Positions 18,969-28,383 of a stretch of DNA of 64,000 nt are shown piece after piece. The notes beneath the pieces are model-generated. The model was not told where the DNA came from. It ran no database searches and worked only from the letters and a program-made list of their open reading frames with translations. Each line of letters starts with the position of its first letter. The first letter of the stretch is position 1. Made by a program: the position numbers and the translations under genes. Source of the DNA: an uncultured Bacteriovoracaceae bacterium (GTDB lineage Bacteria > Bdellovibrionota > UBA2394). The DNA lies in NCBI GenBank assembly GCA_964622975.1, contig CAZUTA010000014.1, positions 3,267 through 67,266 of the forward strand, written 5' to 3'.

Positions 18969-20329
18969 CTTTTAAATCTTCGACGAAGCTGAGTTCCAAA
19001 CGGAATGAGCGACATCGCTTGTCGTATCAAACTTGTTATCGTCAGACGCAGATACATGAATGGAACTCGCGCTTTAAAAAACGAGTACCCAAAGCCCGCT
19101 CTATTGAGCTTTCGCACCCATGAAGGAAAAAGCTCTGAGACCCAATAGAGGCTCAACGAGCGCTTTCGCACGGGAAGTAGTGGTCTGATGAATTCAGGGT
19201 AAAACTCGCCTCGACGTTTCATGCCGCAAATCAATGCCTCAGCACTGATACCCAATGCCAAATCTCGACTCTGTGATTCGACGATGTCTTCCTTTTTGCC
19301 AGTGATCAAATCTAAGCGCTGCCCCTTGATCATTTGATGTATCAATTTGTCGATCCTCTCATTTCGAGTAACGACTAAACTCGTGCCGAGCGACTCCCTC
19401 GCAAAGGCATCTAGCCAAGCGTCTCCAACACTCACGTCCGCCAAATAATTGAGGTGATCTACGCAGACCAAACATCGTCTCGTATTGTACGATCGAGAGA
19501 ACGCTGTTCGAAACGCTGCTGTATGAGAATCTCGATGTATCTGCGGCCGACGGCTGAACTGAAACTCCCGCTGGCCAGTTTTGATTCTCAACTGACCTAC
19601 TTTATCGCCCCCGCGATAACTGACTTCCGTGGGTTTCTCTAAGATGCCCTGAGACTTTAAAAAATGAACGAGAGAATTTCGACTAAACATCCACCCACAT
19701 ATCAAACCAATACTCAAAACCAATTGAGCACGAAGATCAGCCTGAAACAAAGTAGCCCACTTTTTAATCGCCGTGAGCTGGCAAGGTGTCGCTACGAGGA
19801 CCAATCGTTCAGAACTATTTTTCAAGATATCAATAACGCTTTCAAAAGAGAAGTTGTGATAGATAGACCCCGGCATTGAATTCATTTCTGCGGGATCTCT
19901 AAAAATCTCCGCTTTGTAATCAAGACCCCCCGCGTGTTTGAGAGACACCACGCCATCCGCGAGATCATTCTCAAGATAATACCTACAGATTTCTCGAATC
20001 ACGCCCCCGGAACTGGCGCGCCTTTGAATCTCAGCACTACTGCTTTTGCCTAAATAAACTCCTTCAACAGGTCCGAAGACCTCTTCTTCATCCATCCAAT
20101 TTGCCAACGCCCTAAAATCAACTTGATAACTCGGGCATACCTGCAAACAGGGCTTCGTAGAGCAAGTATCACAGGCCACTGTATTTTGGATGACGGGTTC
20201 ATAGATTCCTTTTGTGACTCTATACTCAATTGTGATTTCCTGAGCGGGACAGGCGTGACGACAGGCTCCACAACTAATACACAAATCATTCTCGGGAATG
20301 ATAGAAACGTTTTGAGGCAACACGTTCAT
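18953..20329 (-). CDS. Coenzyme F420 hydrogenase/dehydrogenase beta-subunit (FrhB)-like protein with N-terminal 2x[4Fe-4S] ferredoxin domain
   Basis: CISCGACRHACP and CDTCSTKPCLQVCP cluster motifs. FrhB-like proteins recurrently pair with pyruvyl transferases in CPS/EPS loci. Confidence 0.6.
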   Translation of the reverse strand: MNVLPQNVSIIPENDLCISCGACRHACPAQEITIEYRVTKGIYEPVIQNTVACDTCSTKPCLQVCPSYQVDFRALANWMDEEEVFGPVEGVYLGKSSSAEIQRRASSGGVIREICRYYLENDLADGVVSLKHAGGLDYKAEIFRDPAEMNSMPGSIYHNFSFESVIDILKNSSERLVLVATPCQLTAIKKWATLFQADLRAQLVLSIGLICGWMFSRNSLVHFLKSQGILEKPTEVSYRGGDKVGQLRIKTGQREFQFSRRPQIHRDSHTAAFRTAFSRSYNTRRCLVCVDHLNYLADVSVGDAWLDAFARESLGTSLVVTRNERIDKLIHQMIKGQRLDLITGKKEDIVESQSRDLALGISAEALICGMKRRGEFYPEFIRPLLPVRKRSLSLYWVSELFPSWVRKLNRAGFGYSFFKARVPFMYLRLTITSLIRQAMSLIPFGTQLRRRFKRWKYS

Positions 20330-21588
20330 GACACACTCGCCTTCGCCGTAAAGAGTGGCACTCTCAATACTTTGAGGAAAGCAACGATATGAGCAGGAAT
20401 AGAGAAAAAATATGTCACCAATATGTTAGAGACAAGAACAGCGGCATATCCCCACTTTGGAAAGAGATAGTAACTCAGAATGCACATGAGCAACACATTC
20501 GCTCCAAAAATTAAGGCCACAACTTTTGACTGCCCTCCCGCAATCTCGAAACTCGAAAAACTTACAGCTCTGGCTGGGAGCAAAAAGAGGGCTAACTGAA
20601 ATGCAGGAACACTCGCAAGATAATCGCCGGAGAAAAGGAGTGGTACCAAATCACCTGCAAAAAAATAAAGAATAAGAACCAGAGGAGCAAAGATGCTCAA
20701 GTTGATGCTCAACACACGCCAAAACAACCTCGCCACTCGGTGAGTCTCCCTTGCCAAAAATAGTTGAGTGAGGTCGACAGTTAACACGCGATTGAGAGGG
20801 CTCGTTAGACTTCCGAGAAATGTGACGACTGAAAGCGCCACTGTATAGTCTGCGAGATCTCCAGGAGTTCCCCATACCGAAACAAACCATCGATCAGCCT
20901 GAACCTGTAAATTTCCGAATATTGCAGAGAGCCAGAGTGGACTTCCATAGATCAACTGAGTTTTCCAGGAAGCGACCTTTCCCCGCCCATGCAATAAATT
21001 GAACGGAAGAATCATCAAACCCAGAAAATACTGAGCGCTGAGACCCAGGGCGAGGCCAATCCAAACTGCCTGAAAGCTCCCAAAGACAAGAGCAAAAATG
21101 ACCACCGAGGCGAAGAGGGCGGTTCTGCCCACGAGATGAAAGATCGCCAAGCGCCGATAAAGGCGAAAGCTCAGAAAAACAGGAGGTACCAATGAGAGGA
21201 GAAGACTCACCAGCACTGGGAAGCCCAAAAGCCAATTGAGATTTGAACTTGCAAAAGAATCTTTAAACAAAAATGTACGTAAATCTGTCCAAACAAATAC
21301 TCCCAAGAGAAAAACGAATCCGACGAGACCCAAAAGGAGAGTGGCGTCTCCAAACACTCGCCCTCGATGGCCAGGTTTTTGAAGCCAATAATAGAGGCCT
21401 TCAGACAATCCCATGCTCAGCAAAGGGGTCAATGTTGCGACAACCAAAAACGCCTGAGAGTAAAGCGCATAGTCGGCCTTCGGAAGAACTCTTGCGAGTA
21501 CCACGACCAAGAGAAATCCGGAGACCACCGCAAAGCCCTCAGCCTGCGCGACTTTCAGGGTTCTTGCAAAAAGGCTGCTCCCATCCAC
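20326..21588 (-). CDS. Wzx-like oligosaccharide flippase (MOP superfamily polysaccharide biosynthesis protein)
   Basis: 420 aa with about 12 TM helices and a Wzx-type N-terminus (RVLPKADYALYSQAFLV...). Confidence 0.55.
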   Translation of the reverse strand: MDGSSLFARTLKVAQAEGFAVVSGFLLVVVLARVLPKADYALYSQAFLVVATLTPLLSMGLSEGLYYWLQKPGHRGRVFGDATLLLGLVGFVFLLGVFVWTDLRTFLFKDSFASSNLNWLLGFPVLVSLLLSLVPPVFLSFRLYRRLAIFHLVGRTALFASVVIFALVFGSFQAVWIGLALGLSAQYFLGLMILPFNLLHGRGKVASWKTQLIYGSPLWLSAIFGNLQVQADRWFVSVWGTPGDLADYTVALSVVTFLGSLTSPLNRVLTVDLTQLFLARETHRVARLFWRVLSINLSIFAPLVLILYFFAGDLVPLLFSGDYLASVPAFQLALFLLPARAVSFSSFEIAGGQSKVVALIFGANVLLMCILSYYLFPKWGYAAVLVSNILVTYFFSIPAHIVAFLKVLRVPLFTAKASVS

Positions 21589-21709
21589 TCAACGCCAAAA
21601 CTAAAGGAAGCACTCAATCGAGTCCAGGTGAAGCGGGCCTGGGCGGGGTGCAAAGAATCTCAAGTATTGACAAGAGCTTAGATGCCTCGCCAGAAGGGTC
21701 TAGTGGTCA

Positions 21710-23068
21710 TTGAGACTCTGTTTTCCTGACTTCTGTCGAGCGGAACGTGAGTATATTTCTGAAATCGTATTTGGCGAATTGTTGGGGTTTCGTTTCGAGG
21801 TCTCTTGGAGCCAAAACCAAAGAGGCTCCATCATTCAAGCAGAGTACAACGGCGTCCCAGATCAAAAAACATTGCATTTAGATGATCGCTTCTTTGAACT
21901 GGCACGAGAATTCTGGCTTCGAAAAGAATCGCTTCCTCAGTCTCCACTCCAAGAATTTTTAATCTCCGATTTTTCAAAATCTCATGAAATTTCGCGATTC
22001 AAAAGCATCCCCCTCCTTTACGGAAATTCAAGGACCCTCACTTCGAGCACCTCTGACATCAAAGTTGATTTTGATATCTTGGGTTCGAGCTTTTTTCTGC
22101 TCAGCCGATATGAAGAACTCGTGATTTCCGATCGAGATCCACATGGAAGGTTCCCCTACTCCATGTCGATTTCATGCCGAGAGAATCTGATTCAACGCTG
22201 TCTTGTGAATGAATACGCAAATTTACTTGGAGAGATTATTAAGTCCCTTTGGCCGCAAGTTCAGCCCAAACCCCGCAAGGCTTTCAAGGTCTCCGTCTCA
22301 TGCGATGTAGACCGTCCTTCTTATTTTATTAACCGTCCAATACTTCATGTTGCCGAAGATTTTTTTCGAGATCTTCGATCGCCTTTATTGTTGGCAAAGC
22401 GATGGGGGGCATTTCTCCTCCAACAGCGAGATCCCTTCGACACTTTTGATTGGATGATGGACGAGGCGGAGAATGGCGGAGAGTTAATCACTTTTAACTT
22501 CATACCAAAGCGAACTCACAAGCTTGACGGAAAGTATGATTTTGAAAGACAGAGCGCGCTGATTCACCACATCCTCACGCGGGGACATTTTGTTGGATTT
22601 CATCCCAGCTACATGACGCATCTGGACGAAGACCGATGGAATTTGGAATTTGGTTTACTGAAGCAAAAAACTTCGAGCCTTGATTCTGTCAGACAACACT
22701 ATCTCCGTCTAAACATTCCAGAAACTTGGCAGATTCAAAGTCGAAGCGGCATTCACTATGACACGAGCCTCGGATATGCGGAAGCACCCGGATTCCGCGC
22801 AGGAACGTCTCACAGTTTTTTTGTCTATGATTTGAAACAAAGAGAAAAGATGAGTCTACAAGAGTCGCCGCTTATTTTTATGGATGCCTCTCTCAAGTAC
22901 TTGGGCATTCAAGATGATCAAGTGAGCGAAGCGCTTGCCATCATTCAAAATCTAAAATCTGAATGTCGATTTCACCACGGAAGTTTCAATGTCCTTTGGC
23001 ACAATTCAAATTTAGAGACACCACTTTCGCGATCTACGTTTCAGAGCGCCATTTCCAAGCGGGATTGA
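21710..23068 (+). CDS. Hypothetical protein, possible CE4/NodB-fold polysaccharide deacetylase-like
   Basis: CDVDRPSYF, FHPSYMTH and VLWHNSN segments resemble CE4 motifs. Weak call. Confidence 0.3.
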   Translation: MRLCFPDFCRAEREYISEIVFGELLGFRFEVSWSQNQRGSIIQAEYNGVPDQKTLHLDDRFFELAREFWLRKESLPQSPLQEFLISDFSKSHEISRFKSIPLLYGNSRTLTSSTSDIKVDFDILGSSFFLLSRYEELVISDRDPHGRFPYSMSISCRENLIQRCLVNEYANLLGEIIKSLWPQVQPKPRKAFKVSVSCDVDRPSYFINRPILHVAEDFFRDLRSPLLLAKRWGAFLLQQRDPFDTFDWMMDEAENGGELITFNFIPKRTHKLDGKYDFERQSALIHHILTRGHFVGFHPSYMTHLDEDRWNLEFGLLKQKTSSLDSVRQHYLRLNIPETWQIQSRSGIHYDTSLGYAEAPGFRAGTSHSFFVYDLKQREKMSLQESPLIFMDASLKYLGIQDDQVSEALAIIQNLKSECRFHHGSFNVLWHNSNLETPLSRSTFQSAISKRD

Positions 23069-23126
23069 TTGGGGCTTCGCCCCATATCCAGTGCTGAGTA
23101 GAATAAAATATTGGGAGGCGAACGGA

Positions 23127-23684
23127 ATGCAATTATTTAAATTAATCTGTTGGATCTTGGGATTGAGCCTTTTGGGCACAATTCCCGCGCAAGCTGGATC
23201 CACATTGATGCGCCTCTCTAAGCATTCAATGAATATCACCGGCAACGGATCCAAATATGTTTTGAAGTTTGACGAGACAATGAGTGCAGATGGAATCAAT
23301 TACGATCCAGAAGCAGGTGTCTTTCGAGTACAAGAAAGCGGAATCTATATGATCTCGTGGTCGCTTCCGATTGGAAACTTACTTCCTTCCAATGAAAGTG
23401 CTGCCGCCTGGATACATGCGGGTCCGTATGAATCATACATATTCAATGGCAACCCATGGAAAATGCGCAACCCCGGCGGGGTCATTGGAGGAGGAAGTGA
23501 TATTCTCGCTATCGTAGGCTCAGGTCTTTACCAGATCGATGCCACCGAAGACCCCAACGTCTGGATAGGACTTCTTGTGGGCGGCCACACCAGAAAGAAT
23601 GTCATTCTCCTCTACGACTCGTTTATCAGTATACAGAAAGTCGCAGATTATCCTCGGGGTGGTGCCATGCCCTCACGGAAATAG
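23127..23684 (+). CDS. Secreted C1q/TNF-like jelly-roll domain protein
   Basis: GGAGG lies 10 nt upstream of ATG 23127. Signal peptide MQLFKLICWILGLSLLGTIPAQA. Segment VLKFDETMSADGINYDPEAGVFRVQESGIYMISWSL matches the C1q core pattern (F-D-x-V-x-x-N-x-G-x-x-Y-D-x-x-T-G-x-F-x-x-P-x-x-G-x-Y-x-F). Confidence 0.4.
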   Translation: MQLFKLICWILGLSLLGTIPAQAGSTLMRLSKHSMNITGNGSKYVLKFDETMSADGINYDPEAGVFRVQESGIYMISWSLPIGNLLPSNESAAAWIHAGPYESYIFNGNPWKMRNPGGVIGGGSDILAIVGSGLYQIDATEDPNVWIGLLVGGHTRKNVILLYDSFISIQKVADYPRGGAMPSRK

Positions 23685-23742
23685 GACCAACACACTCTAT
23701 TGCTAGCATTTCATCTCAATTTTAGGGATTCTGGCATGGCCT

Positions 23743-25074
23743 ATGACGTCAGGTTCCACGAAAGGGCTAAAGAATCTACTGATCGTCACGCAGTTTTTTC
23801 CCCCCTCCAATGCTATTGCTTCTCGAAGATTTGGGGAAATGGCCCCCTATTTTGAAAGGTATGGCTACAAGCCATGGATTGTAACAACAAAAAGTCGTGG
23901 GCCCCTACGCGAACCACTGCCGCAACACCAAGTGTTTTGCCAGGGGCAGACTCAACGCGCGGGAGTTACCCTAGAAAACTGGTCTTCGGATAATTTTTTT
24001 TACCGTCTCGGAGAGAAATTTGGATTTAGAACTCTTTCGCTCGGTCGAGGCAGCGCTGAGTGGCCAAAGCAAATAGATGCTTTTAAGTCAGAACTAAAAT
24101 CGACTCTACCCCAAGTCGATTGCATTATTGGAAGTTATGGGCCGATATCAAGCTTTGAAGTGGCAGGTTTCCTTTCCAAATTTTACAAGGCCCCTTGGAT
24201 AGCGGACTTTAGAGATTTGGGGGCATGGAGAGAAGACAACCGAAACGCTGTGGTAAAATGGTATGACCGCAGAATAGAGAATCGACTTGTTGATTCCGCC
24301 ACTGGTTTTGTAACTGTGAGCGAAACGCTTCGATCCATACTGATGAAGCATTACCAAAAGCCAACAGAAGTTGTTTATAACGGGTTTGACTTTACACTGG
24401 AAAAGCCAACACAAAATTTAATTGATCTCCCTCTGAGAGCAGATCTCCGCTATCTCTATTATGCTGGTCAACTCTACCCGCACCAAATGCCCAGCGTTGC
24501 CCTACTCCTTAAAACAATGACGACTTTGCCAACGAGTCGTGTAATTTTTAGAATTCTAGGCCCGCGCTATCTCGAGCGAAAAGTCATTGAGCTTGCTAAA
24601 AAGTACAATCTGGAATCTCGAGTAAATGTTTTACCACCGTGCGAGCCTCATATTGTTAATCAAGAAGCCGATCGTTCACTCGCCAATCTTGTTTTTGAAA
24701 ACTTGTCCAAAGATTTTGAATGGTCCAAGGGAACTATCACTGGGAAGCTTTTAAGGCTACTCCCTCTGAGGCCTCCCATTTTGGTCACCGCTCGCCCGGA
24801 CTCTGATATTAGTGGAATCCTGGCGACAACGCAGAGAGGGGTTCTCTGCCACACAGAAGCTGAGATCTATCGTCGGTATCACGAGATTCTCGATCATCCA
24901 GAAAAATTCAGCGGGGACAAGGCCATCGTGGAACGATTCTCAAAACAACAACAAGCTGCGCATCTCTGTCGCTTCTTGGATCGGCTATTAGAATTTGAAA
25001 CGAGGTCAACAATCGCACCACAGGTTTTGACGGAAGATCCGTCACTGAGAGAGGTAGAGAATGAACATCGATAG
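23743..25074 (+). CDS. Glycosyltransferase (GT4-like, WbuB-type)
   Basis: N-terminus LLIVTQFFPPSNAIASRRF... is typical of GT4 N-domains. Confidence 0.55.
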   Translation: MTSGSTKGLKNLLIVTQFFPPSNAIASRRFGEMAPYFERYGYKPWIVTTKSRGPLREPLPQHQVFCQGQTQRAGVTLENWSSDNFFYRLGEKFGFRTLSLGRGSAEWPKQIDAFKSELKSTLPQVDCIIGSYGPISSFEVAGFLSKFYKAPWIADFRDLGAWREDNRNAVVKWYDRRIENRLVDSATGFVTVSETLRSILMKHYQKPTEVVYNGFDFTLEKPTQNLIDLPLRADLRYLYYAGQLYPHQMPSVALLLKTMTTLPTSRVIFRILGPRYLERKVIELAKKYNLESRVNVLPPCEPHIVNQEADRSLANLVFENLSKDFEWSKGTITGKLLRLLPLRPPILVTARPDSDISGILATTQRGVLCHTEAEIYRRYHEILDHPEKFSGDKAIVERFSKQQQAAHLCRFLDRLLEFETRSTIAPQVLTEDPSLREVENEHR

Positions 25075-26074
25075 TTTGAACAAAGAAATTCGAAAGCAGT
25101 ATCGCAGAGCTCTTGTGACTGGAGGAGCTGGCTTCGTGGGCTCACACCTTTGCGAAGAACTCGTCAAATCTGGCATTGAGGTCGTTGCTTTAGATGACTT
25201 TTCAGCGGGATATCTCTCCAACGTTAAATTTTTGGAGCACTACCCTAATTTTAAAGTGGTGAAGTGCGACATTACAGACATGACCGAACTTCAAGACTGC
25301 TTCAAAGAAGTAGATCTCGTTTTTCACAATGCCGCCTCCAAAAAGTCTGTTTGCCTCAAGGATCCGAGGCGTGACTTAGAAGTTAATGCCAAAGGGGCCT
25401 TTAACCTTTTGGAACTTTCTCAAAAATTCGGAGTAAAAAAATTCGTGCACGCCTCCACAGGCTCAGTCTATGGAGAACCCGTTCAATTTCCTCAAACGGA
25501 AGCGCATCCGCTCAAGCCCGTTTCTCACTATGGGGTGAGTAAACTTGCAGGTGAGCGCTATGTGGCGCTCTTTAATCACCTTTATAATTTAAATACGACA
25601 ATTCTTCGATACTTTCACGTTTATGGACCAAGACAAGAATCGAATGAGTTTGGTGGCGTGGTTTCGATTTTCATTCGCAATCTCCTAAAAAATCAGCAAC
25701 CAGTTATTTTTGGAGATGGATCTCAAGAACGGAGTTTTACTTATGTCAAAGATGTTGTGAAAGCCAACCTCTTGGTTGCCGTCGATCAACGTGCCAATGG
25801 TGAGGTTTACAACTGTGCTTCAGGAATTTCTGTGACTATACAGCAACTCTGTGACGCAATACTCGAAGCTTTTGGAAAGAAGGGAACTGTGAGTCCTAAG
25901 TATGGGGATTGGCTCCTGGGCGATATCAAGCACTTTGAAGTCAACTCAGAAAAAATTCAGACCCTAGGCCTGACATTTGAGAAGGATTTTTTCAGCCGAC
26001 TTAAAGAAGTAGTTCAAGAAACAATTCAGCCGGCAACTTTTTCCAAAAACAGTGAGATTGTGACTCAAGTTTAA
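25061..26074 (+). CDS. NAD-dependent nucleotide-sugar epimerase/dehydratase (extended SDR)
   Basis: ALVTGGAGFVGSHLCEEL Rossmann motif and catalytic YGVSK (YxxxK). Confidence 0.75.
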   Translation: MNIDSLNKEIRKQYRRALVTGGAGFVGSHLCEELVKSGIEVVALDDFSAGYLSNVKFLEHYPNFKVVKCDITDMTELQDCFKEVDLVFHNAASKKSVCLKDPRRDLEVNAKGAFNLLELSQKFGVKKFVHASTGSVYGEPVQFPQTEAHPLKPVSHYGVSKLAGERYVALFNHLYNLNTTILRYFHVYGPRQESNEFGGVVSIFIRNLLKNQQPVIFGDGSQERSFTYVKDVVKANLLVAVDQRANGEVYNCASGISVTIQQLCDAILEAFGKKGTVSPKYGDWLLGDIKHFEVNSEKIQTLGLTFEKDFFSRLKEVVQETIQPATFSKNSEIVTQV

Positions 26075-27198
26075 TTGCGGATGGCATTCACGGTCTCATC
26101 GCCGTAGAGTCGCAGATAATAGTTAGCACTCGCTTCAATCGAGAAGTTCTTTTTTACAAAGTCGACTGCTATCTGGCTCCTGGTGGCAAACTCCTTAGAT
26201 TCAAGACTAAGAATTCGACAAATTTGATCGGCTAAGTCTTGGGAGCTAAAGAGCCCAGGAACATAAAAACTAAACTCTTCTCGTGCTAACAATCTGGAGT
26301 CCGCAATATCTGTCACAACAGGGAGATTTCCAGCCGCCAAGCCTTCAACGAGAGCCTTAGAGGGATAGTTCGTATCCTTTTGTATCGACATAAAAACTTT
26401 TGATTCTTGCAAAACCCTTCCAGGAAACGAGTCATACTTAAAAGTAACAGGAATTCCTTTATAGATGGCTGACTCTAGGATTTCTCGAACTCGACCCTCG
26501 AGTTCTCCAAACCCCATAATAAAAAAGTGATGATCTACGATCCCTAACTTCCGCAATTGCTGATCAACAATCGGCAACGCTTCGACAAATGGCAGTATAT
26601 TTTTTTTGTCTCGAGCATCAAGTCTACCCACAAATACTATCCAGTTCTTCTTGTGATCTGCCGGAAAAAAATCCTCCATTCGAGTAAATGTCCCAGGTGT
26701 GGTCAAAAATGACTTGTCTTTGAGGAGCCTCAGCTTTCGATGTGTCTCAAACTCAGTGAGGTCCACAAAGTCAATTTTCTTGGCACAAAGGAGACAGAGC
26801 CAATAAAACAATCGAGTAGACAGTGCTGGAAAAACATCTTTTATGAATATGCCCGCTGTGTTTGAGATGACCATCGATTGCCCCAGCAGGTTGTGGACGA
26901 ATGGCAATCCTGTCATAAAATATTGGAAGACTGCTCCACGCCCCGCCTTCATGGCTATCCGGCTTACCTGAAGGAGAAACTGCACATGAGAACTTGTATT
27001 AAGAACATGCAAATTCTGTGGTCGGTCTTGAATCCAAGCAAGATAAGGCACCGTCCTAAGCTTTTCATAAAGTTCGGATCGCACAATGAGATGGATGTTT
27101 CGGTAACCCTGATCAATGTAATATTGCCAAAGCTCGGAGAATCGCTTTTCGGTTCCACCGATTCCCGGCATTGCGATGACAATATAGACACTTTTCAT
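26071..27198 (-). CDS. Glycosyltransferase family 4
   Basis: GT-B fold with C-terminal KALVEGLAAGNLPVVTD donor-binding region. 4-nt overlap with the convergent epimerase gene. Confidence 0.55.
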   Translation of the reverse strand: MKSVYIVIAMPGIGGTEKRFSELWQYYIDQGYRNIHLIVRSELYEKLRTVPYLAWIQDRPQNLHVLNTSSHVQFLLQVSRIAMKAGRGAVFQYFMTGLPFVHNLLGQSMVISNTAGIFIKDVFPALSTRLFYWLCLLCAKKIDFVDLTEFETHRKLRLLKDKSFLTTPGTFTRMEDFFPADHKKNWIVFVGRLDARDKKNILPFVEALPIVDQQLRKLGIVDHHFFIMGFGELEGRVREILESAIYKGIPVTFKYDSFPGRVLQESKVFMSIQKDTNYPSKALVEGLAAGNLPVVTDIADSRLLAREEFSFYVPGLFSSQDLADQICRILSLESKEFATRSQIAVDFVKKNFSIEASANYYLRLYGDETVNAIRN

Positions 27199-27199
27199 A

Positions 27200-28345
27200 T
27201 TAAATTTGCCGATGCGGCTGAAACTTTCGAATAAACTTTCCTACCCGATTGATCATTGATTGGACAAAATCTTCATTTGGAAGTTCTCGATAATCCCGCA
27301 GAGGAGTTTTCATAACAGTTTCAAACTCTTCTCTCGAGATTTCTAACTTCTGAAGCACAAAGTCTCTCTCTCTGGCCAAAGCGTCTTCAGGATAAGGGGG
27401 GCGCCCCATCTCATCAAGTGCGCTGTCTCGGGTGATCTGACCTGAGAGAATCAGAGTCGATAGATGGCAGCGACGCTTATCGTATCCAAACTTTTTGGGA
27501 AGATAATAGCCCTGGTGAAATCGAGTATAGACTGATTCAAAATGCTTTCCCCCATAATCTCGCCATCCAAATTCTCTCGTCAAAAAATCCTTAGCCTCGG
27601 CCTTGTTGTAATCAATAAGATTTAAAACACCGTGCTGATACACAGGATGGATCCAACGATAATAAAAATAGCGCTTTAAGATTCCGATAGTTGGATAGCG
27701 GTTGAGCCGTCCTTGACCAAATCGCTTAAACACAGCCCTAAGACTTCGAAGATCCGTACATCTGTGCCCGCGATAGCTTTCAGGCAAAATGGCTTCCGTC
27801 ACAACATTGGTGCCCACAAGAATATGTTGAATTTTAAACTTTGCCGCCGTCGCATAAAGACTTGCAATGATTGAGTGATCCTGAGGTATGTCACAGTTCA
27901 CCATTCCTGATCGCAAGTATGCCACTTGCAGAGACTTCATCTCTTCCCAATCACAAACAAAAGTATGTAGTGGGATATCCAATTTTTCGAGCAATCGCTG
28001 AATATTCCCCACGGCAAGCTCTGAATTCCATCCGCTGTCAAAATGAAATGCCAGCGGTCTCAATCCCCACTTCTTGGCTAAATATGCGACGTATGAAGAA
28101 TCTACGCCACCGCTCACTCCTACGAGACAGTCAAAATCATTCTTTGCACCAGAGCGGCGAACCTTTGTAAGAAGCTCATCGAGTAATTTCTGAGACTTGA
28201 TAGGGTCTGCCAGTCTGCTTGCCGCTGTGTCTCGATACTCGTGGCAATAGTTACAGATCCCTTGAGCATCAAAAACAATCAAAGGATCTGACGTATCCAT
28301 GATACATTTCTGACAAATTTGATAGTGACCCCTCATCGCTCCCAT
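27200..28345 (-). CDS. N-acetyl sugar amidotransferase (WbpG/PseA/WbuX family, PP-loop ATPase)
   Basis: N-terminal Cys-rich zinc ribbon (CQKC...CNYC) and PP-loop GVSGGVDSS. HisH-like and HisF-like genes are in the same operon. Confidence 0.75.
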   Translation of the reverse strand: MGAMRGHYQICQKCIMDTSDPLIVFDAQGICNYCHEYRDTAASRLADPIKSQKLLDELLTKVRRSGAKNDFDCLVGVSGGVDSSYVAYLAKKWGLRPLAFHFDSGWNSELAVGNIQRLLEKLDIPLHTFVCDWEEMKSLQVAYLRSGMVNCDIPQDHSIIASLYATAAKFKIQHILVGTNVVTEAILPESYRGHRCTDLRSLRAVFKRFGQGRLNRYPTIGILKRYFYYRWIHPVYQHGVLNLIDYNKAEAKDFLTREFGWRDYGGKHFESVYTRFHQGYYLPKKFGYDKRRCHLSTLILSGQITRDSALDEMGRPPYPEDALARERDFVLQKLEISREEFETVMKTPLRDYRELPNEDFVQSMINRVGKFIRKFQPHRQI

Positions 28346-28383
28346 GAGCTACCGTAGCGCGACCCGTCGTTCAAAACAAGAAA

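Noticed and set aside
21273-21713. Two + strand ORFs (21273..21713, 21367..21681) encoding Arg/Pro/Ser-rich peptides
   Set aside because: They lie entirely antisense to the well-supported Wzx-like membrane protein gene. Their composition is typical of reverse-frame translation, and there is no RBS or motif.
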